Origin: a candidate division FCPU426 bacterium
GTDB lineage: Bacteria; Oederibacteriota; Muellerivitia; Muellerivitales; Muellerivitaceae
Assembly: GCA_963847625.1 (NCBI GenBank)
Contig: CAWKAR010000025.1
Span: 83,651-147,650, forward strand
Length of the DNA stretch: 64,000 bases
Direction: 5' to 3'
Positions 41,092-50,605 of the stretch are shown in pieces; within the stretch, counting starts at the first letter, position 1; each line of letters opens with the position of its first letter. A program made the position numbers and the translations under genes. The notes beneath the pieces are model-generated. The model searched no databases. It worked only from the letters and a program-made list of their open reading frames with translations, and was not told the DNA's origin.

Positions 41092-42866
41092 TTGCGGCCT
41101 CCTTTGCCTTTGGCTTTATCGGCGCCTTTGACGCGCGTCTTGGTTTCGGCCGTCAAGCGCTGTTGTTCGTCCTGTTTCGAAAACATCATATCCTTGACCG
41201 CCCCGCCGGCCGGAACCATGGGATAAACGTGCTCTTCCGCGTCCACGTGCACATCCACGATGCAGGGCCCCTTGGTCTTGAACGCTTCCTCTAGCATCGA
41301 AGTCGTATCCTGGGGAGTCTCCGCGCGGTAGCCCTTGATGCCGTAGGATTCGGCCAGCTTGACGAAATCCGGCTGGGCCGGTATGGGCGTGCTCGCGTAG
41401 CGTTTGCCAAAAAAGAGGTCCTGCCACTGCTTCACGAAGCCCAGAAACTTGTTGTTGAAAATAACCACTTTGACGTTGAGATTGTACTGTTTGACGATCG
41501 CGAGTTCCTGCAGGTTCATCTGGAAGCTGCCATCGCCCGCCAAGTCCACGACGGTTGCGTCCGGGAAGGCAAAAGAAGCCCCGATGGCCGCGGGAAAACC
41601 AAAACCCATGGTGCCCAGCCCCCCCGAGGTGATCAAACGCCGCGGCTTGGTGAATTTGTAATGTTGGGCTGACCACATCTGGTGCTGGCCCACTTCGGTG
41701 GCAACAATGGCATCGCCCTTGGTGAGGCGGTAAATCTCATCCACGACGAACTGGGGTAGGATCGGGCCGTTCGGGTCCTGTTTGAACAACGCCAGCGGAT
41801 GTTTCTTGTGCCAGGCATCCAATTCGTCGTACCACTCGTCGTAATCCTTGGTGCCAGCCATTTTGGTCAGGGCTGCGAGGATAGCGTTCATGTCGCCCAG
41901 GATATGGATGTCCACTTTCACGTTCTTGCCGATGGAGGTGGGGTCCACGTCGATGTGGATCTTCTTGGAGTGCGGAGAGAATTCTGAAATTTTTCCCGTC
42001 ACCCGGTCATCAAATCGGCTACCGATGGCGATCAAGAGGTCGCAATGGGTCAAGGCCATATTGGCGCGGTAGGACCCGTGCATGCCCAACATATCGATAA
42101 ACTGGCGGTTGTTGGCCGGGAAGGCCCCCAAGCCCATCAAGGTCAAGGTCACGGGAATGTTGGTCTTCCGGGCGAACTGGTAGAGCGCGTCTGAGGCGTT
42201 CGCGTTGATGACGCCGCCACCCGCGTAGATGAGGGGTTTTTTGGCCTGCTGGATGAGCTCGGCCATCTTCCCGATCTGGCTAAAGTCGGGCTTGGGCACC
42301 AGTTTGGAAAGCGGAATAGACGTGTTCTTGGGGTACGGCACCTCGGCCGAAGCTGCCGAGATGTCCTTGGGAATATCCACTAGGACCGGCCCGGGGCGGC
42401 CCGTTCGCGCGATAAAAAAGGCGTCCCGTAGGATTTGGGGTAGTTCCATGATGTTTTTCACTAGAAAGTTATGCTTGGTGCAGGAACGCGTGATTCCCAC
42501 GATGTCGGCTTCCTGGAAGGCATCGGTTCCAATCAGAGTGGTCGGCACCTGGCCGGTAATAGCCACCAAAGGCACAGAATCCATGCAAGCATCTGCTAAA
42601 CCTGTCACCAGGTTGGTGGCTCCGGGACCGGACGTGGCAATACAAACCCCCACCTTGCCCGTGGCCTTGGCATAACCTTCCGCCATGTGGATGGCCCCTT
42701 GTTCATGTCGGGTACCCACCAATTTGATTCGATCCGCGCAGTGATAAAGCGCGTCAAAAATCGGAAGAACCGCGCCCCCGGTTATTCCAAACATGATTTC
42801 CACGCCCTCGTCCATAAGCATGTCAGCAACCATTTGGGCTCCGGTTTTGAGTTTGATGTTAGACAT
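41088..42866 (-). CDS. ilvB: Acetolactate synthase large subunit
   Basis: ThDP/FAD enzyme; GITGGAVLPIFDAL N-terminus; 592 aa; ATGA overlap with ilvN. Confidence 0.85.
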   Translation of the reverse strand: MSNIKLKTGAQMVADMLMDEGVEIMFGITGGAVLPIFDALYHCADRIKLVGTRHEQGAIHMAEGYAKATGKVGVCIATSGPGATNLVTGLADACMDSVPLVAITGQVPTTLIGTDAFQEADIVGITRSCTKHNFLVKNIMELPQILRDAFFIARTGRPGPVLVDIPKDISAASAEVPYPKNTSIPLSKLVPKPDFSQIGKMAELIQQAKKPLIYAGGGVINANASDALYQFARKTNIPVTLTLMGLGAFPANNRQFIDMLGMHGSYRANMALTHCDLLIAIGSRFDDRVTGKISEFSPHSKKIHIDVDPTSIGKNVKVDIHILGDMNAILAALTKMAGTKDYDEWYDELDAWHKKHPLALFKQDPNGPILPQFVVDEIYRLTKGDAIVATEVGQHQMWSAQHYKFTKPRRLITSGGLGTMGFGFPAAIGASFAFPDATVVDLAGDGSFQMNLQELAIVKQYNLNVKVVIFNNKFLGFVKQWQDLFFGKRYASTPIPAQPDFVKLAESYGIKGYRAETPQDTTSMLEEAFKTKGPCIVDVHVDAEEHVYPMVPAGGAVKDMMFSKQDEQQRLTAETKTRVKGADKAKGKGGRK

Positions 42867-43048
42867 GGTTTTCTCCCTAGAAGATCCCGCCCTTTGGGGT
42901 GAAAGACCCAGATTTTACAATAATTCCAAGCGTTTGTTCAGAAATACCGGCCATATTCGCAGTTAATTCCGCGGTTTAAGCCGCTTCTTGAATAAACCCT
43001 TTAATTTTCAGGTCGGGTATTCTGCTTTGGCGGGGTGACTTTGGCCTT

Positions 43049-43095
43049 AAAACAAAAAAGCCGCGGTGGCCCCATTTGGCGGGACCCCGCGGCCT
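43049..43095 (-). terminator. Rho-independent terminator of the ilv attenuator
   Basis: Coding-strand GGCCGCGGGGTCCCGCCAAATGGGGCCACCGCGGC followed by TTTTTTGTTTT, located between the leader peptide and ilvB. Confidence 0.7.
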
Positions 43096-43106
43096 AGTAG
43101 CCGTCT

Positions 43107-43184
43107 TTAGGAGCGCACCGCCTCCGGACGCAATACAAGTACCAGTACCAAAAGAACTAAGTTAATTGCGTTTTCGAAGGCCAT
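43107..43184 (-). CDS. ilv leader peptide MAFENAINLVLLVLVLVLRPEAVRS (25 aa)
   Basis: SD GGAG 7 nt upstream; 6 Leu + 5 Val + 1 Ile in a 25-aa ORF; stop 11 nt before the terminator stem. Confidence 0.7.
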   Translation of the reverse strand: MAFENAINLVLLVLVLVLRPEAVRS

Positions 43185-43219
43185 TTTTTCTCCTTAAAAC
43201 AATCAGCTAAACTTATGGA

Positions 43220-43248
43220 AATATATCTTACCTATTTTTTCAAGTCAA
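43220..43248 (-). promoter_or_regulatory. Sigma70-like promoter TTGACT-N17-TATATT for the ilv-leu operon
   Basis: Reverse complement of 43243-43248 = TTGACT and of 43220-43225 = TATATT; about 35 nt upstream of the leader ATG. Confidence 0.55.
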
Positions 43249-43270
43249 GGGGATTGAGGAAAAAATAATT

Positions 43271-43867
43271 TCATGGACTAAAACACTTCCATAAAAGCCA
43301 TAGAAAAACAAAAAAGATACCCCAAACAATAAATGAATTTTTGAAATCATCCCACCAAATGAGCCCCTTGTTTTCAGCAAAATACTTTCTAAAACGCCCA
43401 AAATAATAGATTGCGGGGGGCCCAAAAACCACGAATATTATTGAAGCTATGATTATGGTTTTTTGCGTTTCCGGACTTTTTATAATCCGTAAAACAAGGA
43501 AAAACGAGATCAAAGCCATAGCCGATTGAATTATCCAAAAAACCACGTATTTAAAAAGATGGGGTGGAATTTGGAAAATATAAATTTGCCATGATTTACT
43601 CATCGCGTTCATGGCATGGTGCTCTTTTGGTAGACGGGTACCACACCGGTAACAAAACTTGATCAATTTGCCTTTATGAAACCAGCTGTGATGATGAAGC
43701 GCTGTTGTATGTGGACAGGTTTTCACGATCCAAGACATGGAAATGGCAAACCAAACACAAAGAGAGATCTGGATCACAAGACCAGCATTCAAGAACTGAT
43801 AATCATAGTTGGAGGTAATCAGGCTTAATGCGAGGTTCAGGAACAAAAACCAATACCAAGGCTCCAA
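43271..43867 (-). CDS. Hypothetical membrane protein with zinc-ribbon-like CPH...CYRCG segment
   Basis: 198 aa, 4-5 TM segments. Confidence 0.35.
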   Translation of the reverse strand: MEPWYWFLFLNLALSLITSNYDYQFLNAGLVIQISLCVWFAISMSWIVKTCPHTTALHHHSWFHKGKLIKFCYRCGTRLPKEHHAMNAMSKSWQIYIFQIPPHLFKYVVFWIIQSAMALISFFLVLRIIKSPETQKTIIIASIIFVVFGPPAIYYFGRFRKYFAENKGLIWWDDFKNSFIVWGIFFVFLWLLWKCFSP

Positions 43868-44052
43868 TATTCCGATTAATCGTAAATCCTCCGTGGATTC
43901 CAGAAAATATCTTCAACCTTTTCCCAACGCCGTAAGTAATACCGGAACAATCAAAAAGGAGGCCAAAACCATGAATTAAATTCCTTCCCAAAATTTAAAA
44001 TATTATCCGGATCAATCCCCGGCTGAAAAGATAACGGCGGTTTTATTCTATT

Positions 44053-44766
44053 TCAAACCATTAGTTTTTGGCGTATCCATAACGCAGCAAGAATCGAAAA
44101 CCAAAGTATAAATACCACTCTTCCAATCGCTGAAAACCGTCCCATTTCTTTTCCCTCGGTTTTTTTTAAATAAAAACAAATGAGATAGTTGAAAAAACAA
44201 AGCGCCATCGCGCCGAAGGCTAATAAAAGCTTGTAATAAAAATAATATAAGGAACCAATCGCTAAAAGGGTTGAAAGGCCAAAATAAAAACCCATCCAAC
44301 CCCAAAGCCAGGAAATTACAAGTTTATTTATCAATGCTGAATATTTATCAGAAAAAGATTCGCCAGGTAAATATGAACCCATAATAAAAAAAAATAAATA
44401 TAAAAAAATGAAACCCAAAAACATCGGCAAATAAATTATTGAGAAATGGTTATGATCTGTTAAGAAAAAAGTTGCTTCTAACCATAAAAAAAGGAAAGTC
44501 ATTGCCCAAAGATTCGAAATAATCCCTGAATGCAATTTGGGTAGCCAAGTCATCATAATTGATCCTAATAAAGCGCAAATAATGATTGTAAAGAAAATAA
44601 AACCCTGAATCAATTTACCTTGATAAATATTTACCAACCCTTTAAGCAATTGAAACCCATGACTATCCTGACAAATAGGCGCAGTTAGCAAATAAAGTAA
44701 ATATAGAAACAACGTCATGATAATGAAAAGAATAATTTGGAAACTAAATTTGATTTTTTCAATCAC
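44053..44766 (-). CDS. Hypothetical polytopic membrane protein
   Basis: 237 aa, about 7 hydrophobic helices; no motif. Confidence 0.35.
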   Translation of the reverse strand: MIEKIKFSFQIILFIIMTLFLYLLYLLTAPICQDSHGFQLLKGLVNIYQGKLIQGFIFFTIIICALLGSIMMTWLPKLHSGIISNLWAMTFLFLWLEATFFLTDHNHFSIIYLPMFLGFIFLYLFFFIMGSYLPGESFSDKYSALINKLVISWLWGWMGFYFGLSTLLAIGSLYYFYYKLLLAFGAMALCFFNYLICFYLKKTEGKEMGRFSAIGRVVFILWFSILAALWIRQKLMV

Positions 44767-46005
44767 AAATGCCTACCTTAAGACAGAAATAATCTAAAAT
44801 GGTTTTCCGTCTTCTCCCCGGAGAATATAAAAAGGAAGAAATTCTTAAATGCATTGTGGCATAAGAGTTCTAGCTTGTGAAGGGTGTTCCACAGCAACTA
44901 TGCGCCTTCTTCTATACCACAACCATATCCCCACATTAGAACGTCATTTGATCGAGTAAATAAAATTGGTTGATAAATTCCCAAAAGAAAAATGAATCAG
45001 ATAAATATTGGCTCTTCTCCCACTTATATATAATTTATATTTGGGGAAGAGGAAGACTTTATAAAAATCATAGTCCGTCAACTTCTCGTAATTAGTTTTT
45101 AGAAATCCTAAATCTTTCCTTTTCTTCATTCCAAATAAGTTATTCATATTTTTTATAACTCATAAAAGATTTCGATATCCACCTAAGTAAAAATTTTTCC
45201 TAATAACCTCAAACCGTTCTCATCAAATTCATTAAACATTTCAGCCCGGGGAACATGACCAACCAAATTATCGAATAAATCATTTCTGGGCTTAATTTTT
45301 ACAACTACATTTTCAATCGATTTGAGAAGTTCCATTAGCGCATTAGCTTTAAACTAAGTTAAGTTAGGTTGCAAGAAGCTTTGAAGCTGAAGTTTTGTTA
45401 CGGTGGGTTAATCTAAATATAAAGTTTTGGCCACAGCTTTATTTCTTCGCCTTGATAAGTAGAACTTATTCTCACAATTTCCTCAGGAACGATACCTCCA
45501 TAAGAATCTCTAATAATGTACCGCAAAGATACACAAAAGCCTTTAAGGTATTCACTATATCTCAGCTTCTCCCTTGCATAATGTTGCCTAATCTTCTTTC
45601 CGCATAAAAAATATTTAGATCCCTAAATCAAAAAAATTATAAAAAGAGGGAGAGTTTTACCAGGAAAAGATATAAGTTATGCGAGGGACGGTTTAAAAAT
45701 TATGGCGAAAAAGATTGCAAAAAACTTGCTCGGCCAGGAGTAAAACTTTGAATAAGGTTTACAGTTTAAAGGATGAAAATAAACCTCGGCAAATACACAG
45801 GGCCTGCTAAACTTTATGAATTTCTTACAGCAATAGCATGCAATTGGATATAAAATCATAGCAAAATAAAATAAAAAAATTCTAAATCTAATATACATCA
45901 TAGTATCATAATATAACGTAATATATCATAACGTTGTTTAGGTTATAATTGTATTGTTCATAACAACTTTGTTTTTTTCTTTATAAACAATCAAGGAGAA
46001 ATGAA

Positions 46006-46488
46006 ATGAAACAGAAATGGTCCAAAGAAAAAATTGTTGAAACTATAAAGGAATTGCAAAAACAAAACATTGATATATCAGCAAGCAATATTTCCAAGAA
46101 CTATATCCCACTCTTTACCGCTGCTTGCTCCAGACGGTATTTCGCTAGTTGGGCCAATGCAATCAAAGCTGCAGGCATTGATTACAATTTAATATTGGAA
46201 GCAGGAAAAACGCGCCGTAGAAATAAATTAACGAAATGGTCAAAAGATCAAGTTCTTGAACTTGTTAAATCGGCTGATTCTAAAAATTTATTAACAACTT
46301 ACCGGGATCGTCTTGCTCTTTATTCTGCAGCTCGTCGGGAATTTGGCAGTTGGAAACAAGCGTTAGAAGCTGCAGGTTATCGTCTGACCAAGGGATCACA
46401 TAAGAATTCTAATCAAATCTTTAAAAAAGAAGAACAACCCGGTTCAATGACAAATCCCAATTTTTCGAAGGCTTCTCAAACGATTTAA
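46006..46488 (+). CDS. Hypothetical protein with two tandem copies of a module of about 65 aa
   Basis: WSKEKIVETIKEL...RRYFASWANAIKAAG and WSKDQVLELVKSA...RREFGSWKQALEAAG; strong SD AGGAG; sits in an AT-rich island. Confidence 0.45.
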   Translation: MKQKWSKEKIVETIKELQKQNIDISASNISKNYIPLFTAACSRRYFASWANAIKAAGIDYNLILEAGKTRRRNKLTKWSKDQVLELVKSADSKNLLTTYRDRLALYSAARREFGSWKQALEAAGYRLTKGSHKNSNQIFKKEEQPGSMTNPNFSKASQTI

Positions 46489-46627
46489 TAAAGGTTTTTT
46501 AAAATATTTTTTAAGACAACCTGGTCTTAATATCCTTTTGTGACCTTTTTCATATTTTTAGTGTTATTAATTTTTTTACCTTTTGATGGCCAGCTTTTTT
46601 GTTCCCATTATTTTATTATCCTCAATA

Positions 46628-47030
46628 CTAGTAAAGACCGCTGGCAAGTTTTCTTCCAAAACTACTTATACCAGACCATTTTTTTAACTTATTAATTCCT
46701 TCGTTTGGTCTTCGTTTAAATTCGTTTTCCATACCATGGTCCCCGCTCACATCAAATATTCTTATGAAAATCGAAGTCGTTTCAAGGCAAAAAGTAACAT
46801 TTACATCCCCGTCCATGGATGGGTTTGGATAACAGTAAGTTGTCCTTCCTTTAAAACAGCTTCACATGGATTATCCGCCACGATCAGATCGGCCCTTCTA
46901 TCGCCATTTAGGTCACCAAACTTTATATCAGCTGGGAAGAATCCATCCGGCAAGTCGATTGATTATGATAGGTCAAATAATGGGATATCAAGGATCACTT
47001 TTTTTGAAGTCATTGTTAATATTTGAATTT
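46628..47030 (-). pseudogene. FG-GAP-like repeat protein gene remnant (downstream part, decayed)
   Basis: Short open stretches DLPDGFFPADIKFGDLNGDRRADLIVADNP and FDVSGDHGMEN interrupted by stops. Confidence 0.4.
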
Positions 47031-47037
47031 CATTTGA

Positions 47038-47178
47038 GGGTACCTCTATAAATTGCTGTTCCCCTTCTCCCTAGAGGGGAGAAGGATGGGATGAGGGTAG
47101 AAATAGCGAGGTTTTTTACCCCTCACCCTACCCTCGCCCTCAAGGGGCGAGGGCTTAAATGGATTTTTAGAGGTTCCC
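47038..47178 (+). mobile_element. MITE of about 141 bp with IS5-like terminal inverted repeats, a palindromic core and a 4-bp TTGA target-site duplication
   Basis: Left gggtacctctataaatt and right aatttttagaggttccc match the inverted repeat ggaacctctaaaaatt of the IS5-like element at 48653-49962; core hairpins ccttctccc/gggagaagg and ccctcgcc/ggcgaggg; TTGA at 47034-47037 and 47179-47182. Confidence 0.7.
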
Positions 47179-47196
47179 TTGAGTCAAGATATGAAG

Positions 47197-47458
47197 TCAC
47201 AATCTCATTATAGCCATCCCATTTAAATCCCCTGAAGCTATTCGGGTTGGTCCTGCATGAACAGTAAAATCGGTTCTTTTCCCAAGTCTCTCCCCCTTAA
47301 CATTAAATATGGAAATACAATTCGAATCATAATTAGACACTATAACAATTGGTTTTCCATTTGTTTTAGTTAAGCTTGCGCAAATACCTACCGGCATGTT
47401 CAATGTTTGTTTTTCATCGATTTTTCTGAATTTTCCGTTTTCATTGCAGAATACGTAT
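47197..47458 (-). pseudogene. FG-GAP-like gene remnant (upstream part), truncated by IS30 copy B
   Basis: ...IASGDLNGMAIMRL; the only Met start lies inside the IS30 end. Confidence 0.35.
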
Positions 47459-48513
47459 GCCGAATTCACGGAGTAAGTGCAACACTTCGCCGGAAGACTT
47501 CCGCCGGAGTTTTAAAGCCCAAACATTTCCTGGGCCTGTTATTGAGCCATCTTTCTATGGTCCTGAATTCTTTGAAGGACACTTTAGCAAGATCAGTCTT
47601 TTTAGGCAAATGGCGGCGGACAAGACCGATAGTATTTTCCACCGTACCTTTTTCCCAACTGTGGAAAGGGGCGCAGAAAAAGGATTTTGTACCAAGCACG
47701 TGGTTGGTTTCCAAGTGGTTGGTGTTTTCGGTTCCGTTGTCATAGGTCAGACTCAGGCGGGCGTCTTGAGGGAAGCGGCATAAAGCGCGGTTGAGGCTAT
47801 GACTCATTTGGCGAGCGGTCTTTCGTTTGAGCTTTCCCAACTTGGAAAAACGGCTTTGACGCTCGACGAGAGCCCGCATAGCCACTTTACTCTGACGAGA
47901 GACCATGGTGTCGGTTTCCCAATGGCCGAATTGCTTGCGTTGATTGGCGATCTCGGAGCGCTTATCGATGGAAACACGGCCTGGGATATGGTTTTTGGCG
48001 TGCTTACGGCTATGGCCAAATGAGAATCGTCGCCGGTGGTGTCGAACTAGGCAAGGAATCAGCTCAGTGGCTTCAGCATAAACCCACTGATAGATAGCTT
48101 CAGGACCAATGGTTTGCTTAGGCCGTAGGTGACCTAATCGACCTGAAATGAGTTCTGGAGACCAGCCTCGTTTCAATTGACGACGGACGTAGGCACGAAT
48201 TCGTTTTGTTTTCAGGCGTAAACGGCGTGCTCGTTGTTGGTTGCGGTCAACATACCGTTGATGGGCTCGATGAGAAAGATAATAACCAGAACGGATAGGG
48301 GGAGCATTGCGCTTGAGTTCCCTGGAGAGGGTGGAAGGAGACCTCTTCAAGGCGCGTGAAATTGCTCGAAGGCTAAGACCCTTTCCTTTCAAGACGGATA
48401 AATGATCTCTTTCTTCAACGCTTAAATGCTTGTATTTCTTTTTCATAGCCGCATATCCTATTCATGCGGCCTTCTTCAGACACTAAGTGTTGCACTTACT
48501 TATGGAACTCGGG
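47459..48513 (-). mobile_element. IS30-family insertion sequence, copy B, identical to copy A and flanked by a 3-bp TAT duplication
   Basis: Same 1055 bp as 2486-3540 in inverted orientation; plus-strand flanks ...cgTAT and TATatt. Confidence 0.85.
47466..48446 (-). CDS. IS30 family transposase (identical to 2553-3533)
   Basis: 326-aa identical protein. Confidence 0.9.
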   Translation of the reverse strand: MKKKYKHLSVEERDHLSVLKGKGLSLRAISRALKRSPSTLSRELKRNAPPIRSGYYLSHRAHQRYVDRNQQRARRLRLKTKRIRAYVRRQLKRGWSPELISGRLGHLRPKQTIGPEAIYQWVYAEATELIPCLVRHHRRRFSFGHSRKHAKNHIPGRVSIDKRSEIANQRKQFGHWETDTMVSRQSKVAMRALVERQSRFSKLGKLKRKTARQMSHSLNRALCRFPQDARLSLTYDNGTENTNHLETNHVLGTKSFFCAPFHSWEKGTVENTIGLVRRHLPKKTDLAKVSFKEFRTIERWLNNRPRKCLGFKTPAEVFRRSVALTP

Positions 48514-48652
48514 TATATTAAATTCAAGTAATAACATGTAACAAGGATATTTTGACGTCCATCATTAGAAAGATCTAAGGCACCAACGCCTCGATGGCTC
48601 AAACTCGTTTTAATATTAGAAAGCCATTGCAATCCATTGGAACCCGGAGAAT

Positions 48653-49962
48653 AAATTCGTACTATTGAATTAAAGGAACCTCTAAAAATTCATTGTAAAG
48701 AGACAGCTAAATCGGTACAAGGAAGAATCAGCGCATGAAGTGCTGAAAAATTCCAGTAATGAGGCGCTACTGATGGGGCAAACCGGATTTTTTGATCTGG
48801 AGAATCGTCTGAAATCGCTGGATGAGATAGGCGATCCACTGATGACATTGAATCGGGTGATTCCTTGGGAGTAATTTCGGGGACTTCTGCGAAAAGCTTT
48901 ACGCGACAAAGAACGAAAAAGTGAGGCCGGACGACGGCCGTATGATGAAGTTTTGATGTTCAAGGTGCTGGTTCTGCAGGCGTTGTACAACCTGGCGGAT
49001 GAAAAGACCCAGTTTTACATTCAAGACCACTTGAGCTTCATGCGTTTTCTGGGACTAGGAATGGATGGGAAAGTGCCGGATGAGAAAACCATCTGGTGGT
49101 ATCGGGATACATTAGCCCAAGGTTGGTGGATTGACCGATTGTTCAAGAAGTTCAACGGTTGCTTGGATGAGGCCGGTTTAAAAGCCCAAGAAGGCTAAAT
49201 CATTGACGCGTCCATCGTAGAGGTGCCCCGGCAGCGGAACAGCAAGGGTGAAAACGACCAGATTAAGAAGGATGAAACGCCGGAGGGATGGAAAAAAGAG
49301 CCCAACAAATTGCGGCAAAAAGACGTGGACGCGAAATGGGTCAAAAAGAACGATGTGAACCATTATGGATACAAGAACCATATCAATGTGGATAAGAAAT
49401 ATAAGCTGATAAGGAAGTTTGAGGTCACGGCAGCCTCGGTGCATGACAGCGAAGTGTTTGAGGAGATTTTGGACGGAAATAATCGAAAGAAGATATGGGC
49501 GGACAGCGCATACCGGTCGGGTAAGAAGAGCAAGTCTCTAAAGCGTAAAGGATACGATATTCAGACCCATTACAAATCCAACAGAAACCATCCTTTAACG
49601 AAGTCCCAAGAGAAGATGAACAAAATCAGGTCAAAGACGAGAGTACGGGTGGAACATGTATTTGGGCACATGGAAGTGGCGATGGGAGGAAACTGGCTGA
49701 GAGTGGTAGGTAAGGTCAGGTCGAGGATGAAGATCGGCATGAGAAACTTAGCCTACAATATGCATCGATTTACGTACTTGATGGGACGAATGCATCCCGG
49801 GATAGAGAAGGCATAAATTTCAAGGACATTGGAAGCTGGAAAGAAGTACTGAAGGGAAAAAAAGTCCCAGAGAGAAAAAAATCTCTCTCGAAACCGAGAA
49901 TTAAAGGCTATTCAACCGCCTTGGACGGCCTAGAAAATCCCGAACTGCAATTTTTAGAGGTT
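48653..49962 (+). mobile_element. IS5-family insertion sequence (about 1.31 kb) with 16-bp perfect inverted repeats ggaacctctaaaaatt and probable TAAA target-site duplication
   Basis: Inverted repeats at 48653-48668 and 49947-49962; transposase frame spans the interior. Confidence 0.75.
48771..49816 (+). pseudogene. IS5-family transposase (DDE_Tnp_1) interrupted by two in-frame TAA codons
   Basis: A single frame reads MGQTGFFDLENRLKSLDEIGDPLMTLNRVIPWE*FRGLL...YDEVLMFKVLVLQALYNLADEK...GLKAQEG*IIDASIVEVPRQRN...; stops at 48872-48874 and 49196-49198. Confidence 0.7.
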
Positions 49963-49989
49963 CCCTAAATTTTAAGTTTCGGTTTACTA

Positions 49990-50511
49990 TTAAAACCGTA
50001 AAGCTAATGCGAATGTTGGTCGAGATTGATCAAAATAAGCTATGGGTTTTAAATTATGTTCATCATCATAATCCTTGGCTGCAGTAGGAGCATGAGCCAT
50101 ATCTACTATCCATAAAGCCGTAAAAGCGATAACCCCACCCCAAATTAAATTGGTTCCAACCTCTTTTGCGTTACTGGGATCGCCTAGATAACCACCTGAA
50201 AATGTCTTAGTATCAGATTTTATTAAAGCTCCTAATCCAACCGATAGGACTGAAATGACTTCACCAGTCAATAAAACATCGCCCGTCAAATGATCTTCGG
50301 CATAAAAATGGCCATAACCATGAATAAGAAGCCCTGGAAAAAAGGCTAACAAAAAAGCTTTATTGGGATCTTTATAAAAATAATTCTGGTGATTGGTTTC
50401 AAGGCTTCCTGATAAACCAGTATCTGAACTTTGGGCAAATGTTTTTGACGTCGAAAATAGAATAAGAACTGCGAAAAATAAGCTTAGATGACTTTTCTTA
50501 TTTATTTTCAT
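49990..50511 (-). CDS. Hypothetical secreted/membrane protein
   Basis: Signal peptide MKINKKSHLSLFFAVLILFSTSKTFA; Gly-rich hydrophobic stretches. Confidence 0.4.
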   Translation of the reverse strand: MKINKKSHLSLFFAVLILFSTSKTFAQSSDTGLSGSLETNHQNYFYKDPNKAFLLAFFPGLLIHGYGHFYAEDHLTGDVLLTGEVISVLSVGLGALIKSDTKTFSGGYLGDPSNAKEVGTNLIWGGVIAFTALWIVDMAHAPTAAKDYDDEHNLKPIAYFDQSRPTFALALRF

Positions 50512-50605
50512 AATATTAAGTCCATTTTACGAAATTGAAGGAAACAGGTCAAAAGAAAATTAAGGGTTATACGATTTTCTTTAACCAAGAAATCTTTTCC
50601 TTGTA

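Noticed and set aside
2486-48513. Region between the two IS30 copies as a composite transposon.
   Set aside because: 44 kb containing ilv/leu, asd and truA housekeeping genes; an invertible segment or independent insertions are more plausible.
48872-49198. In-frame TAA codons as evidence for an alternative genetic code.
   Set aside because: TAA terminates rpmJ, lepB and other genes at conserved C-termini in this same contig.
50512-50605. Possible terminator hairpin downstream of rplQ (ccaagaaatcttttccttg).
   Set aside because: The arms are not actually complementary when checked base by base, and no U-tract follows.
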